Of a stretch of DNA of 64,000 nucleotides, positions 53,393 through 64,000 are shown in pieces. Both the position numbers and the translations under genes were made by a program. Every line of letters starts with the position of its first letter. Position 1 is the first letter of the stretch. The stretch is from Dehalococcoidia bacterium (GTDB lineage Bacteria; Actinomycetota; Acidimicrobiia; Acidimicrobiales; MedAcidi-G1): the NCBI GenBank assembly GCA_002699555.1, contig PABN01000042.1, positions 374 through 64,373 of the forward strand. Direction: 5' to 3'. Below the pieces are notes generated by a model. It had not been told where the DNA came from, did no database searches, and was given only the letters and a program-made list of their open reading frames with translations.

Positions 53393-54940
53393 TTGTTTAA
53401 GCGAGACAAATACCTGAAAATAACTAAAACACTTGATGATGAAGGTTTGGCTGCTTTACGTGAACCGAGAAATGACTTAGTAGCTGAGAAATTTGTTGGT
53501 GGAGACAAGTATGAATTACTTCATGGTCCTTTTTCTAGATATGAAAGACATATAAGTGTTAGAAGTGAATCGGAAGGTGTGAATCGAGTTGTAGAAAGTT
53601 TTTCTTGGCGGCTTTCGATTCCATTTTGGGGAATATTCTTTTCATTTTTAATAGGTAAAGCTTTGCCTAAAAGATCAAAACCTTGGTGGGCTCCTCCTGA
53701 CCGTTTGGATGAACGCTCTGCGATGATTCTAGGAATACTGGCTTGTATTCAGGTGATCGACGGATATTTGGGTTCTGTGATATCTCAAACAATCACATTC
53801 GCTGCTGATGAATTCGACCACAGCTCATCAGCACAAGGCATCACGCTCGCTGTCATTCGTGTCGGAGTTCTAATCTCGATTGGCGTTCTTGTAATTGCTG
53901 ATAAGAAGGGTCGCAGAAACGTTCTTCTACTAACTCTGGTACTGGCAGTCTTAGCAACAGCTTTAGGCTCAGTCTCTCCCAACTTTTGGTTTCTGGGGAG
54001 CACTCAGTTGGTTGCGCGTGGTTTGACTACAGGAATGGGAATTCTGATTGGAGTTATTGCAGCTGAAGAGTTACCGAAAGGTTCCAGAGCTTATGGAGTA
54101 AGCATGCTGTCATTATCTGCTGCCTTAGGTGCAGGGATTTCTGTTTGGGTGTTACCGATTGCTGACCTAAATCAAAAAGGTTGGAGAGTTGTTTATCTTG
54201 TGCCACTCCTGTTTCTACCAGCCCTGATGAGAATCAGTAGAAACCTGCCAGAGTCGCTTCGCTATAAAGCCAACTCAATAATTGTTCAAACTGGGACTGC
54301 TAGCGCACAAAGAAGAAGCAAAAAAGAACCTTTTATAAATAGGCGCCTCTTATTGTTGGCAAGCGTTGGTTTTTTGCTTTTAGTGTTTGCGGCTCCCGCC
54401 TCGCAGTTCCAAAACGACTTTCTTCGTGAACACAGAGGGTACTCTGCTTCTGGAATAACTGCCTATTGGCTTCTAACTTCGACCCCAGCAGGAATAGCAA
54501 TATTTTTAGCCGGACGCTTTGCTGATACCCACGGTAGAAAAAAAATCGCTACATCAGGTCTTTTAGGTGGGACATTATTCATTGTTCTTAGTTACTATTC
54601 TTCCGGATTGTTAATGTGGGCTAGCCACTTGTTCGGAGCTGTACTCGGGTCACTTACTGTTGCGTTAGGCGTGTATGGACCAGAGTTATTCTCAACGAAA
54701 CAAAGAGCCAGATCAAATGGTGTCATTGTCGCATTTAGCGTGTTGGGAAGTGCTTCTGGACTTTTGTTAGTAGGATATATGACTGATTTGTTTGACAACT
54801 ATGGTCACGCTTTCGCACTTATCGCTGCCGGTCCCCTTCTAGCGGCATTGCTAGTAATACGGAAATTCCCTGAAACTGCAAGAATCGAACTTGAAGATCT
54901 AAATCCTGGTGATGTAAATCCAAAACTTTCTAAGAATTAG
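53393..54940 (+). CDS. MFS transporter with extra N-terminal domain
   Basis: ADKKGRR and GRFADTHGRK motif A copies, AEELP, PELF...RA, PET; about 100-aa N-terminal extension. Confidence 0.88.
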   Translation: MFKRDKYLKITKTLDDEGLAALREPRNDLVAEKFVGGDKYELLHGPFSRYERHISVRSESEGVNRVVESFSWRLSIPFWGIFFSFLIGKALPKRSKPWWAPPDRLDERSAMILGILACIQVIDGYLGSVISQTITFAADEFDHSSSAQGITLAVIRVGVLISIGVLVIADKKGRRNVLLLTLVLAVLATALGSVSPNFWFLGSTQLVARGLTTGMGILIGVIAAEELPKGSRAYGVSMLSLSAALGAGISVWVLPIADLNQKGWRVVYLVPLLFLPALMRISRNLPESLRYKANSIIVQTGTASAQRRSKKEPFINRRLLLLASVGFLLLVFAAPASQFQNDFLREHRGYSASGITAYWLLTSTPAGIAIFLAGRFADTHGRKKIATSGLLGGTLFIVLSYYSSGLLMWASHLFGAVLGSLTVALGVYGPELFSTKQRARSNGVIVAFSVLGSASGLLLVGYMTDLFDNYGHAFALIAAGPLLAALLVIRKFPETARIELEDLNPGDVNPKLSKN

Positions 54941-54947
54941 ATAGCAC

Positions 54948-55511
54948 CTATAAGGAATCCACCCAAATTTTTATTTCTTCACTAATTGCTTCATCTAAAT
55001 TTGCTAAATCGTGACGAGCTCCCTCGAACCATTTAATCGTTAAAGGTCCTCGGATCTTTTTTAAATGTTTTTTGAACTCAGCTTTTGAACCGAAAGGATC
55101 CTTATCACCAGAAATAAATAAGCATGGGATATCTAGTTTATCGAAATGGTCTATTCGAAGATTTTCAGGCTTTTTGGGTGGATGTAAAGGATAGCTGATC
55201 ATAATCAACCCTCTAGCTGGTAATCCTTCCGCAACGGCCATTGAACACATACGACCACCCATGCTTCTTCCCCCAAGTAGAAGATTAGATGGTTTCATGC
55301 CATATTTTTTACTCATTGATTCGGATGCTTTGACGATTGAATTAATCAATTTGGGAGCCCGATCAGGAAAGTGCTTTCCTGCTTTTCTATATGGGAAGTT
55401 GATTCTCTTGACAGGTAGTGGAGCCAATTTTTTTTCAATACTTAACAGGCTCGAATGGGTTCGGTCACTTCCAGCGCCATGAGTCAATAAAAGTCCTGCT
55501 GGAGAAGCCAC
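54948..55511 (-). CDS. Alpha/beta hydrolase (KANL3/Tex30-like)
   Basis: HGAGS, GGRSMGGR, YPLHPP, GDKDPFG, ARHDL. Confidence 0.88.
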   Translation of the reverse strand: MASPAGLLLTHGAGSDRTHSSLLSIEKKLAPLPVKRINFPYRKAGKHFPDRAPKLINSIVKASESMSKKYGMKPSNLLLGGRSMGGRMCSMAVAEGLPARGLIMISYPLHPPKKPENLRIDHFDKLDIPCLFISGDKDPFGSKAEFKKHLKKIRGPLTIKWFEGARHDLANLDEAISEEIKIWVDSL

Positions 55512-55581
55512 TCATTGATCGTACGTTGATGTTTCAACTAGTTGGTGGAATCTACTAACCATTAATAGGTAGCCTTTCCTT

Positions 55582-56559
55582 ATGAAGGAAAATCCGTCAC
55601 ATGCTGAGCTAGTAGCATCTATGACGGGTGGGATGGTAACACCTACCAGAGAATTCAACGGCAGTAATCGACTGCATGCCAATGGAAAACCGAAAGATGA
55701 TTTTCGAGACACCTTAAGAAAAATTCCAAACTCTAGAAACTTCTTCTCAATAATACTCTCCTTGTCATTTCCACCCTTAGTCGTTTGGACTGTAATGATC
55801 TACAATCACCCATTAGTTTGGATTTTGTCGATTTTGGTAATGGGTGCGGCTCAGAACCGACTTTTTATAATCCACCATGAAGCAGCTCATCGTTTACTTT
55901 TTTCTAATCGAAAAATTAATGACTTTGTCGGAATTCGTTTTATCGGTAGGATCGCTTTTGGTTCAGGAAGTCATGGTTACCGAATAGGTCATATAAGACA
56001 TCACCGTGATGAATTCGGCCCAGAAGAACCGGATTTCATTCTTTACAGCTTCTACCCAATTTCAAAAAGTTCTATGACTAGGAAACTATTGAGAGATTTG
56101 AGTGGCATCTCAGCTTTCAGGATCTTACGACCCAGATTCGAAAGGCTTAATGAATTAAGACATTTACGTTTAACTATTTCTTTTCTTTTTAGCCAACTAA
56201 CGGTCGCTGCCCTATTCTGGTTTTTCGCGAATTTAACGATGTACCTTTTCCTTTGGTTGCTCCCATGGGCGTGTGTGTATCAACTTCTGAACAGATTACG
56301 AGCAATCAGTGAGCATGGTGGAATGACTCAATCGTCAGATCGGCGCAAAACAACTCATTATGTCCGCCAAAACCGCTTGGCAAATTTTTTCATTGTTCCT
56401 TTTAATGTTGGTTACCATTTAGCCCATCATGTTGACATGTTGGTTCCCTACAGGAACTTGCCTCTTCTGAATGAAGCACTTGTAGAAGACGGATACATCT
56501 CTGCTGAACATATTTGGCCTAACTACCGTTCTCTCTGGAAAGCTTTGGTTTTGAAATAG
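55582..56559 (+). CDS. Membrane fatty acid desaturase family protein
   Basis: His boxes HEAAH, HIRHH, HLAHH. Confidence 0.88.
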   Translation: MKENPSHAELVASMTGGMVTPTREFNGSNRLHANGKPKDDFRDTLRKIPNSRNFFSIILSLSFPPLVVWTVMIYNHPLVWILSILVMGAAQNRLFIIHHEAAHRLLFSNRKINDFVGIRFIGRIAFGSGSHGYRIGHIRHHRDEFGPEEPDFILYSFYPISKSSMTRKLLRDLSGISAFRILRPRFERLNELRHLRLTISFLFSQLTVAALFWFFANLTMYLFLWLLPWACVYQLLNRLRAISEHGGMTQSSDRRKTTHYVRQNRLANFFIVPFNVGYHLAHHVDMLVPYRNLPLLNEALVEDGYISAEHIWPNYRSLWKALVLK

Positions 56560-56593
56560 CCAATTTTACAAACGCAACGAAATACTCTTTTCG

Positions 56594-57349
56594 TCAAGTC
56601 ATAGATCTCAAGATTTCTGCAAGTCCACCCGCTTGAGATTTAATTTCTTCTTCGTCACCTGAGCCTTCCGAAAGAAGATCTACTAAATCGATCGATCTTT
56701 TACCTATTTCATCCCAAATATTTGCCTCGATTCCAAAAGGGGGTCGGTGCTCCGTGAGTAAGGGGGTCAAACGTAATATTTCGCCCACTCCAGTATCATC
56801 TCGATGATCACGTCTAAGTCGGTCGCACGAAACAAAAACTTCAGTCAAAAGCGTGTTCGCATCCAAGCCATCAAGTTCAGGACGCTCATCATTAACAACT
56901 TGAAAAGCATCAAGAGCAGTTTCAATAGCCTCTTCATCAGATGCTTGGACTACAAGACCTCCATCGTCATTGAATTCATAAGGGATTCCTAGGCGAACCA
57001 GTAAAGAACTAAACGCCGCTTGTTCTGAATCTGACCAATCTGAGGTTTCGTATTCAATTGTTTCAGCATCTGCATCAATTGCTGGCAATGAAGTTGACTC
57101 TGCCTCTTCGATCAGTTGATCCGTGACTTCCTCATCTTCTTCACGAACCACCAAGGTAGCCCCCTGCCAGACATGGGGAACCTCTTTCAATATTAGAAGT
57201 TGATCCAATACCAATCGGGTCTCACCAGCCCATTCGTGTAATTCATATTCAATTTCAGTAGTTGAATCTGACTCAAAATTTTCCACATTTTCAACAGCTT
57301 CAGTCTGTTCGCTTATTTCATTTTCATTTTGCCTTTTTAACCACTTCAT
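56594..57349 (-). CDS. Acidic hypothetical protein with two internal repeats
   Basis: Long ORF with AGGA RBS; two roughly 55-aa repeated units. Confidence 0.75.
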   Translation of the reverse strand: MKWLKRQNENEISEQTEAVENVENFESDSTTEIEYELHEWAGETRLVLDQLLILKEVPHVWQGATLVVREEDEEVTDQLIEEAESTSLPAIDADAETIEYETSDWSDSEQAAFSSLLVRLGIPYEFNDDGGLVVQASDEEAIETALDAFQVVNDERPELDGLDANTLLTEVFVSCDRLRRDHRDDTGVGEILRLTPLLTEHRPPFGIEANIWDEIGKRSIDLVDLLSEGSGDEEEIKSQAGGLAEILRSMT

Positions 57350-57378
57350 TCTCTTATCCTGACACCTTTATCTATTGA

Positions 57379-57408
57379 AAAGCTAAACCGCCGAAATCCT
57401 TTCAGCGG
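57379..57408 (-). terminator. Possible intrinsic terminator (minus strand)
   Basis: CCGCUGAAA-GGA-UUUCGGCGG followed by UUUAGCUUU. Confidence 0.5.
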
Positions 57409-57448
57409 AATGCACAAGAACTTCGCTAAGGCGCTAACGTCGAATTTG

Positions 57449-58426
57449 ATGAGTAAAAAAGTTCAAACTCCAAACAGGAACCTCGCTTTAGAACTAGTAA
57501 GAGTAACGGAAGCTGCAGCTATGGCTGCATCAAGATGGATGGGCAGAGGAGACAAAGAGGGTGCTGACGGTGGAGCCGTTAATGCCATGCGTCGAGTGTT
57601 AGATACTGTAAACATGGACGGAGTAGTTGTTATCGGTGAAGGCGAAAAAGATGAAGCGCCAATGCTATTTAATGGAGAACACTGTGGCAATGGCAATGAC
57701 CCTGCAACAGATATTGCAGTTGACCCAATAGACGGAACAACACTTACAGCCCTTGGTAGAGCAAATGCAATATCGGTTATAGCCGTTAGTGATAAAGGAA
57801 CGATGTTTGATCCTGGACCATGTGTATATATGGAGAAAATAGCTGTAGGGCCGGGATGTGCGGATGCGATAGATTTAGCAAAATCCCCAACTGAAAACCT
57901 TCAACAAATTGCAGAAGCTAAGAATAAAACTGTTAGAGATCTAACTGCGGTAATTTTAGACCGCGATAGGCATTCGGATCTTATTTCTGAAGTACGTGAA
58001 GCGGGTGCGCGAATACGTCTAATTTCTGATGGTGATGTTGCAGGCGCAATTTCCACAGCATGGCCTGAATCAGGTGCGGATGTGCTTTTCGGGATTGGAG
58101 GTACGCCTGAAGGGGTAATCTCTGCTGCTGCTCTGAAATGCATGGGAGGGACACTACAAGGGCGTTTATGGCCACGTAATGAAAAGGAAAGAAAAGCCGC
58201 TGAAGAGCAGGGATACGATTTAGAAAGAATTTTAGATCTTGACGATTTAGTATCAGGTAATAACTGTTTTTTTGCTGCTACTGGCATTACGGATGGCGAT
58301 CTTCTTGAAGGTGTGAGATATGCGGCAGGAATGGCTCATACGGAGTCTCTTGTTATGCGTTCCAAATCCGGAACTGTAAGGCTCATCAAAGCTCATCACC
58401 GATTAGAAGATCTCGAGGATATTTAG
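57449..58426 (+). CDS. glpX: Class II fructose-1,6-bisphosphatase
   Basis: [43 protein letters not shown]; start likely ATG 57449 or TTG 57446. Confidence 0.96.
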   Translation: MSKKVQTPNRNLALELVRVTEAAAMAASRWMGRGDKEGADGGAVNAMRRVLDTVNMDGVVVIGEGEKDEAPMLFNGEHCGNGNDPATDIAVDPIDGTTLTALGRANAISVIAVSDKGTMFDPGPCVYMEKIAVGPGCADAIDLAKSPTENLQQIAEAKNKTVRDLTAVILDRDRHSDLISEVREAGARIRLISDGDVAGAISTAWPESGADVLFGIGGTPEGVISAAALKCMGGTLQGRLWPRNEKERKAAEEQGYDLERILDLDDLVSGNNCFFAATGITDGDLLEGVRYAAGMAHTESLVMRSKSGTVRLIKAHHRLEDLEDI

Positions 58427-58456
58427 AAGTAACGAAATCTGAAACAGATTTTCTTC

Positions 58457-58855
58457 TTATACTTCTACTCCTCCAACACGAAGTCTCACTTCAGACCTTT
58501 CGAGCGAAGCAAGAGCTTCTTCATTATCACTATCTGATCCAATCAGCTCCTGAGCCGCTGAGCGGGCTTCTTGCGCCCTTTCAATATCAATTTCTTCAGC
58601 AGCTTCAGAAACATCCGACAAGATGCTTACTTTTGTTCCTGCAACTTGAACAAAACCTCTGTGAACGGCAAACACATCTCTCTGACCATCTGGCCTTATT
58701 ACTTCAACTGACCAGACTGAAAGGACGCCAATAAATGGAACGTGTCCAGGTTGAAAAGCGATATCTCCACCTTCAACAGTCCGAGCGATCACCATCTCTG
58801 CCTCACCACTGTAAGAAATAGATTCTGGCGATACCAGCTCTACTTGAAAAGTCAT
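58457..58855 (-). CDS. atpC: ATP synthase epsilon subunit
   Basis: VELVSPE, PGHVP, GFVQV, IDIERA. Confidence 0.95.
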   Translation of the reverse strand: MTFQVELVSPESISYSGEAEMVIARTVEGGDIAFQPGHVPFIGVLSVWSVEVIRPDGQRDVFAVHRGFVQVAGTKVSILSDVSEAAEEIDIERAQEARSAAQELIGSDSDNEEALASLERSEVRLRVGGVEV

Positions 58856-58861
58856 TATTTT

Positions 58862-61260
<2,399 letters not shown>

Positions 61261-61321
61261 TAGAAGATCTCCAATTTGCCGAAAATTCCAACGTTAAGTT
61301 GGCTTAGTAAAATACTTTTCA

Positions 61322-62935
61322 CTAGGCCTCCGAAATGTCCTCTTCAGGCAATGTTGTCTCTGCATCAACAATGTTTGAATCTGTATCGGCAAACTCTGCA
61401 TCTGGTGTTGCCTGAGCGGTATTTGTTCCCTCAAACTGATCAGAAAAAGCTGCTATTGCTGCCTCAAACGCAGACTCGTCTTCTATATTTCCTGATTCGC
61501 GTATTTCGTTCAAAATCGCTGCATGGCGTGTCCTGAACCAGTCAAGTAGTTCTGATTCAAACCTACCTACATCAGCTATTTCAACGTTGTCCAAATGACC
61601 TCTAGTTCCCGCCCAGATAGAAACCACTTGCTCTTCAACTAACAAAGGTGAATTTAATCCTTGTTTCAACAACTCTGTCAACCGGTAGCCACGATCGAGT
61701 TGAGCTTGCGACACTGCATCTAAATCGGATCCAAATGCTGCAAAAGACTCCAGTTCACGGAATTGCTGTAAATCAGATTTTAGGGTTCCTACTGCATTTT
61801 TCATTGCTTTTACTTGAGCTGCAGAACCAACTCGAGAAACAGAAATACCAACGTCAATTGCAGGTCTTATACCTGACTTGAAGAGATCATCTTGCAGGAA
61901 TATCTGTCCATCCGTGATGGAAATCACGTTGGTAGGAATGAAAGCAGAAACGTCACCAGCTTTCGTCTCAATAACCGGTAAAGCTGTTAAAGAACCAGCT
62001 CCCTTGTCATCGCTTAGCTTAGCTGCGCGCTCCAAAAGTCTGCTGTGTAGATAGAAGACGTCCCCTGGGTATGCCTCTCTGCCAGGTGGTCGTCTAAGTA
62101 GTAGCGACATCTGCCTGTATGCTTCAGCCTGTTTTGATAAATCGTCATAGACAGCTAGAGCGTGCTCTCCGTTATCCATCCAATGCTGACCAATAGCGCA
62201 ACCTGCATACGGAGCAAGATACTTAAAAGGAGCAGGGTCTGAAGCTGGTGCAACTACAACAACTGTGTAATCCATAGCACCATACGATTCCAAAACTGCA
62301 ACATTTTGTGCGACTGTGGAAGCTTTCTGTCCAATAGCAACATAGACACACTTCATACCCTGTCCTGCTTGATTAATAATTGTGTCAATTGCAATAGTTG
62401 TTTTTCCAGTTTTTCTGTCGCCAATTATGAGCTCACGTTGACCACGTCCAATAGGCACCAAAGAGTCAATTGCTTTAATTCCAGTCTGCATTGGTTCATG
62501 AACAGGCTTACGCCCCATAATTCCTGGAGCTTGAATCTCCATACGCCTTGTCTCTGTGTTAGTTAATGGACCTTTGCCATCAATTGGTTCTCCAAGGGCA
62601 TTCACTACACGCCCTAAAAGGCCATCACCTACCGGTAAAGAGAGGATGTCACCAGTAGCACGGACAGTCTGACCTTCTTCTATGTCATCGACGTCTCCAA
62701 GTACCACTGCACCAATTGAACCTTCGTCCAGATTCAGAGCTAGTCCAAAAGTTCCACTTTCGAACTGTAATAACTCATTTACTGCCGCATCGGGCAAACC
62801 TGAGACTCTGGCGATGCCGTCTCCCACTTCTAGCACCCGTCCTACCTGGCTTTGTTCTAAACCAGGCTCAAAACCTTCTAGGTTTTTCTGGATTGATGCA
62901 GCTATATCAGCGGTGCTGATTGTCAATTCAGTCAT
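61322..62935 (-). CDS. atpA: ATP synthase alpha subunit
   Basis: [29 protein letters not shown]. Confidence 0.99.
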   Translation of the reverse strand: MTELTISTADIAASIQKNLEGFEPGLEQSQVGRVLEVGDGIARVSGLPDAAVNELLQFESGTFGLALNLDEGSIGAVVLGDVDDIEEGQTVRATGDILSLPVGDGLLGRVVNALGEPIDGKGPLTNTETRRMEIQAPGIMGRKPVHEPMQTGIKAIDSLVPIGRGQRELIIGDRKTGKTTIAIDTIINQAGQGMKCVYVAIGQKASTVAQNVAVLESYGAMDYTVVVVAPASDPAPFKYLAPYAGCAIGQHWMDNGEHALAVYDDLSKQAEAYRQMSLLLRRPPGREAYPGDVFYLHSRLLERAAKLSDDKGAGSLTALPVIETKAGDVSAFIPTNVISITDGQIFLQDDLFKSGIRPAIDVGISVSRVGSAAQVKAMKNAVGTLKSDLQQFRELESFAAFGSDLDAVSQAQLDRGYRLTELLKQGLNSPLLVEEQVVSIWAGTRGHLDNVEIADVGRFESELLDWFRTRHAAILNEIRESGNIEDESAFEAAIAAFSDQFEGTNTAQATPDAEFADTDSNIVDAETTLPEEDISEA

Positions 62936-62963
62936 GTTTCTCTCTCGTCTCGATTCTTTCTTC

Positions 62964-63494
62964 CTACCGGAAATTCTCTCGAAGTTGGTTCAAACGGCGA
63001 CGGACGCTGCCATCAATAATGTCATCACCAATTTCTGTCACTATTCCACCTATTACAGATGGGTCAATTACTACTTTTATTTCAACGTCTTTATTAGTAG
63101 CCCCACTCAAAGCCGTTACTAATTTGTCTCTTTGACTGTCGTCTAGTTCTACTGCAGAACGAACCGTGGCCACCGTTTTATTTCTAGAAGCTGCACTGCG
63201 TTCAATAAACGCATCAACAATGCTAGAAAAACGTGCTGAACGCCCTGAAGCAACGATCATAGATACCAATGCCTTAGTGGTTGAGCTAGCCGATCCTCCT
63301 AATAGGTCTTCGACAATCTGCTGTCTGCGATCAACTGGTAGCGATGAATCATCCAAAGTTGCTTGGAGATTTTCATCTGAGCTTAATGCTTGTGAAAATC
63401 TAAATAATTCATCTTCAACAGTCGACAAAACATCATTTGCTGCTGCAACAGCAAACAAAGCATCAGCGTAACCATCAATTGCATTATCAACCAT
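62964..63494 (-). CDS. atpH: ATP synthase delta subunit
   Basis: YADALF, VRSA, DPSVIGG...IDGSV. Confidence 0.95.
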   Translation of the reverse strand: MVDNAIDGYADALFAVAAANDVLSTVEDELFRFSQALSSDENLQATLDDSSLPVDRRQQIVEDLLGGSASSTTKALVSMIVASGRSARFSSIVDAFIERSAASRNKTVATVRSAVELDDSQRDKLVTALSGATNKDVEIKVVIDPSVIGGIVTEIGDDIIDGSVRRRLNQLRENFR

Positions 63495-63496
63495 TG

Positions 63497-64000
63497 TTAG
63501 CTACCAGCCACTTCATCAATGTATTGGTCTACGAGCCTTCTCTGAGCGTCATCATCCAAACTACTTTGAACTACTTTTTCAGCTGCTCCCAGAGCGATCC
63601 CTGCAACTTCAGCCCTTAAATCTGCAATTGCCTGTTGTCTCGATGCCTCGATTTCACTCGATGCCCTAGATTTCATATCAGAAATATCAGCTTCTGCTTT
63701 TGCTACTAAATCTGCACGAACCTGATCAGCTGCTCCTCTTGCTTCGTCAATCAGGCGTGATGCTTCATTCTTTGCATCTGCCAAACGGGCTTCATAGTCA
63801 GCATGAACACTCTGTGCGTCTGTTTTCGCTTTCTCTGCTGCGTCTAAGTCATCTCGGATCTTGTCTGCTCTGGCGTCCATAGCAGCTTTTACTGCCGGGA
63901 AGCCTTTCTTGACCATCACCACAAATAAGATTAAGAAAGCGCCACCGCCCCAAATAACCTCACTTAATTCTGGGATTATTGGGCTCGGAGCTTCGAGACA
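63497..64000 (-). CDS. atpF: ATP synthase b subunit (5' end lies outside window)
   Basis: Frame open to the edge: ...SPIIPELSEVIWGGGAFLILFVVM TM helix followed by an Ala/Glu-rich coiled coil. Confidence 0.93.
   Translation of the reverse strand, partial: CLEAPSPIIPELSEVIWGGGAFLILFVVMVKKGFPAVKAAMDARADKIRDDLDAAEKAKTDAQSVHADYEARLADAKNEASRLIDEARGAADQVRADLVAKAEADISDMKSRASSEIEASRQQAIADLRAEVAGIALGAAEKVVQSSLDDDAQRRLVDQYIDEVAGS

Noticed and set aside
58435-58451. AAATCTG-AAA-CAGATTT hairpin between convergent glpX and atpC
   Set aside because: Weak AT-rich stem; possibly a terminator but not supportable as a feature.

Overview
Gene-dense, AT-rich (visibly well below typical actinobacterial GC) chromosomal core segment. 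The gene set (WhiB, PASTA kinase, IpdAB/FadE31-32, SCO6745-like protein, B-box rhomboid, GlpX) points to Actinomycetota, probably a streamlined Acidimicrobiia lineage (inference). It carries leuACD and ilvD/ilvBNC, a partial steroid C/D-ring (HIP) catabolic cluster, a mesaconyl-CoA transferase/hydratase pair, gatCAB, ligA, iscS-mnmA, murA and the distal atp operon. No tRNA, rRNA, CRISPR or mobile element was seen. Signals not in the ORF track: (1) a cysteine-free BCP/PrxQ peroxiredoxin whose catalytic codon is an in-frame UGA followed by a SECIS-like hairpin (selenoprotein); (2) two tiny leader peptides, MRIKNLLLLM before leuA and MRELFVGVVVI before ilvB, with matching antiterminator/terminator hairpins; (3) TANNNT boxes 6-7 nt before many start codons, indicating leaderless transcription; (4) a 38-bp near-perfect palindrome whose ends are the start codons of two divergent genes; (5) a probable ATC start for the MATE gene. 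All calls come from reading the sequence; no database search was run.
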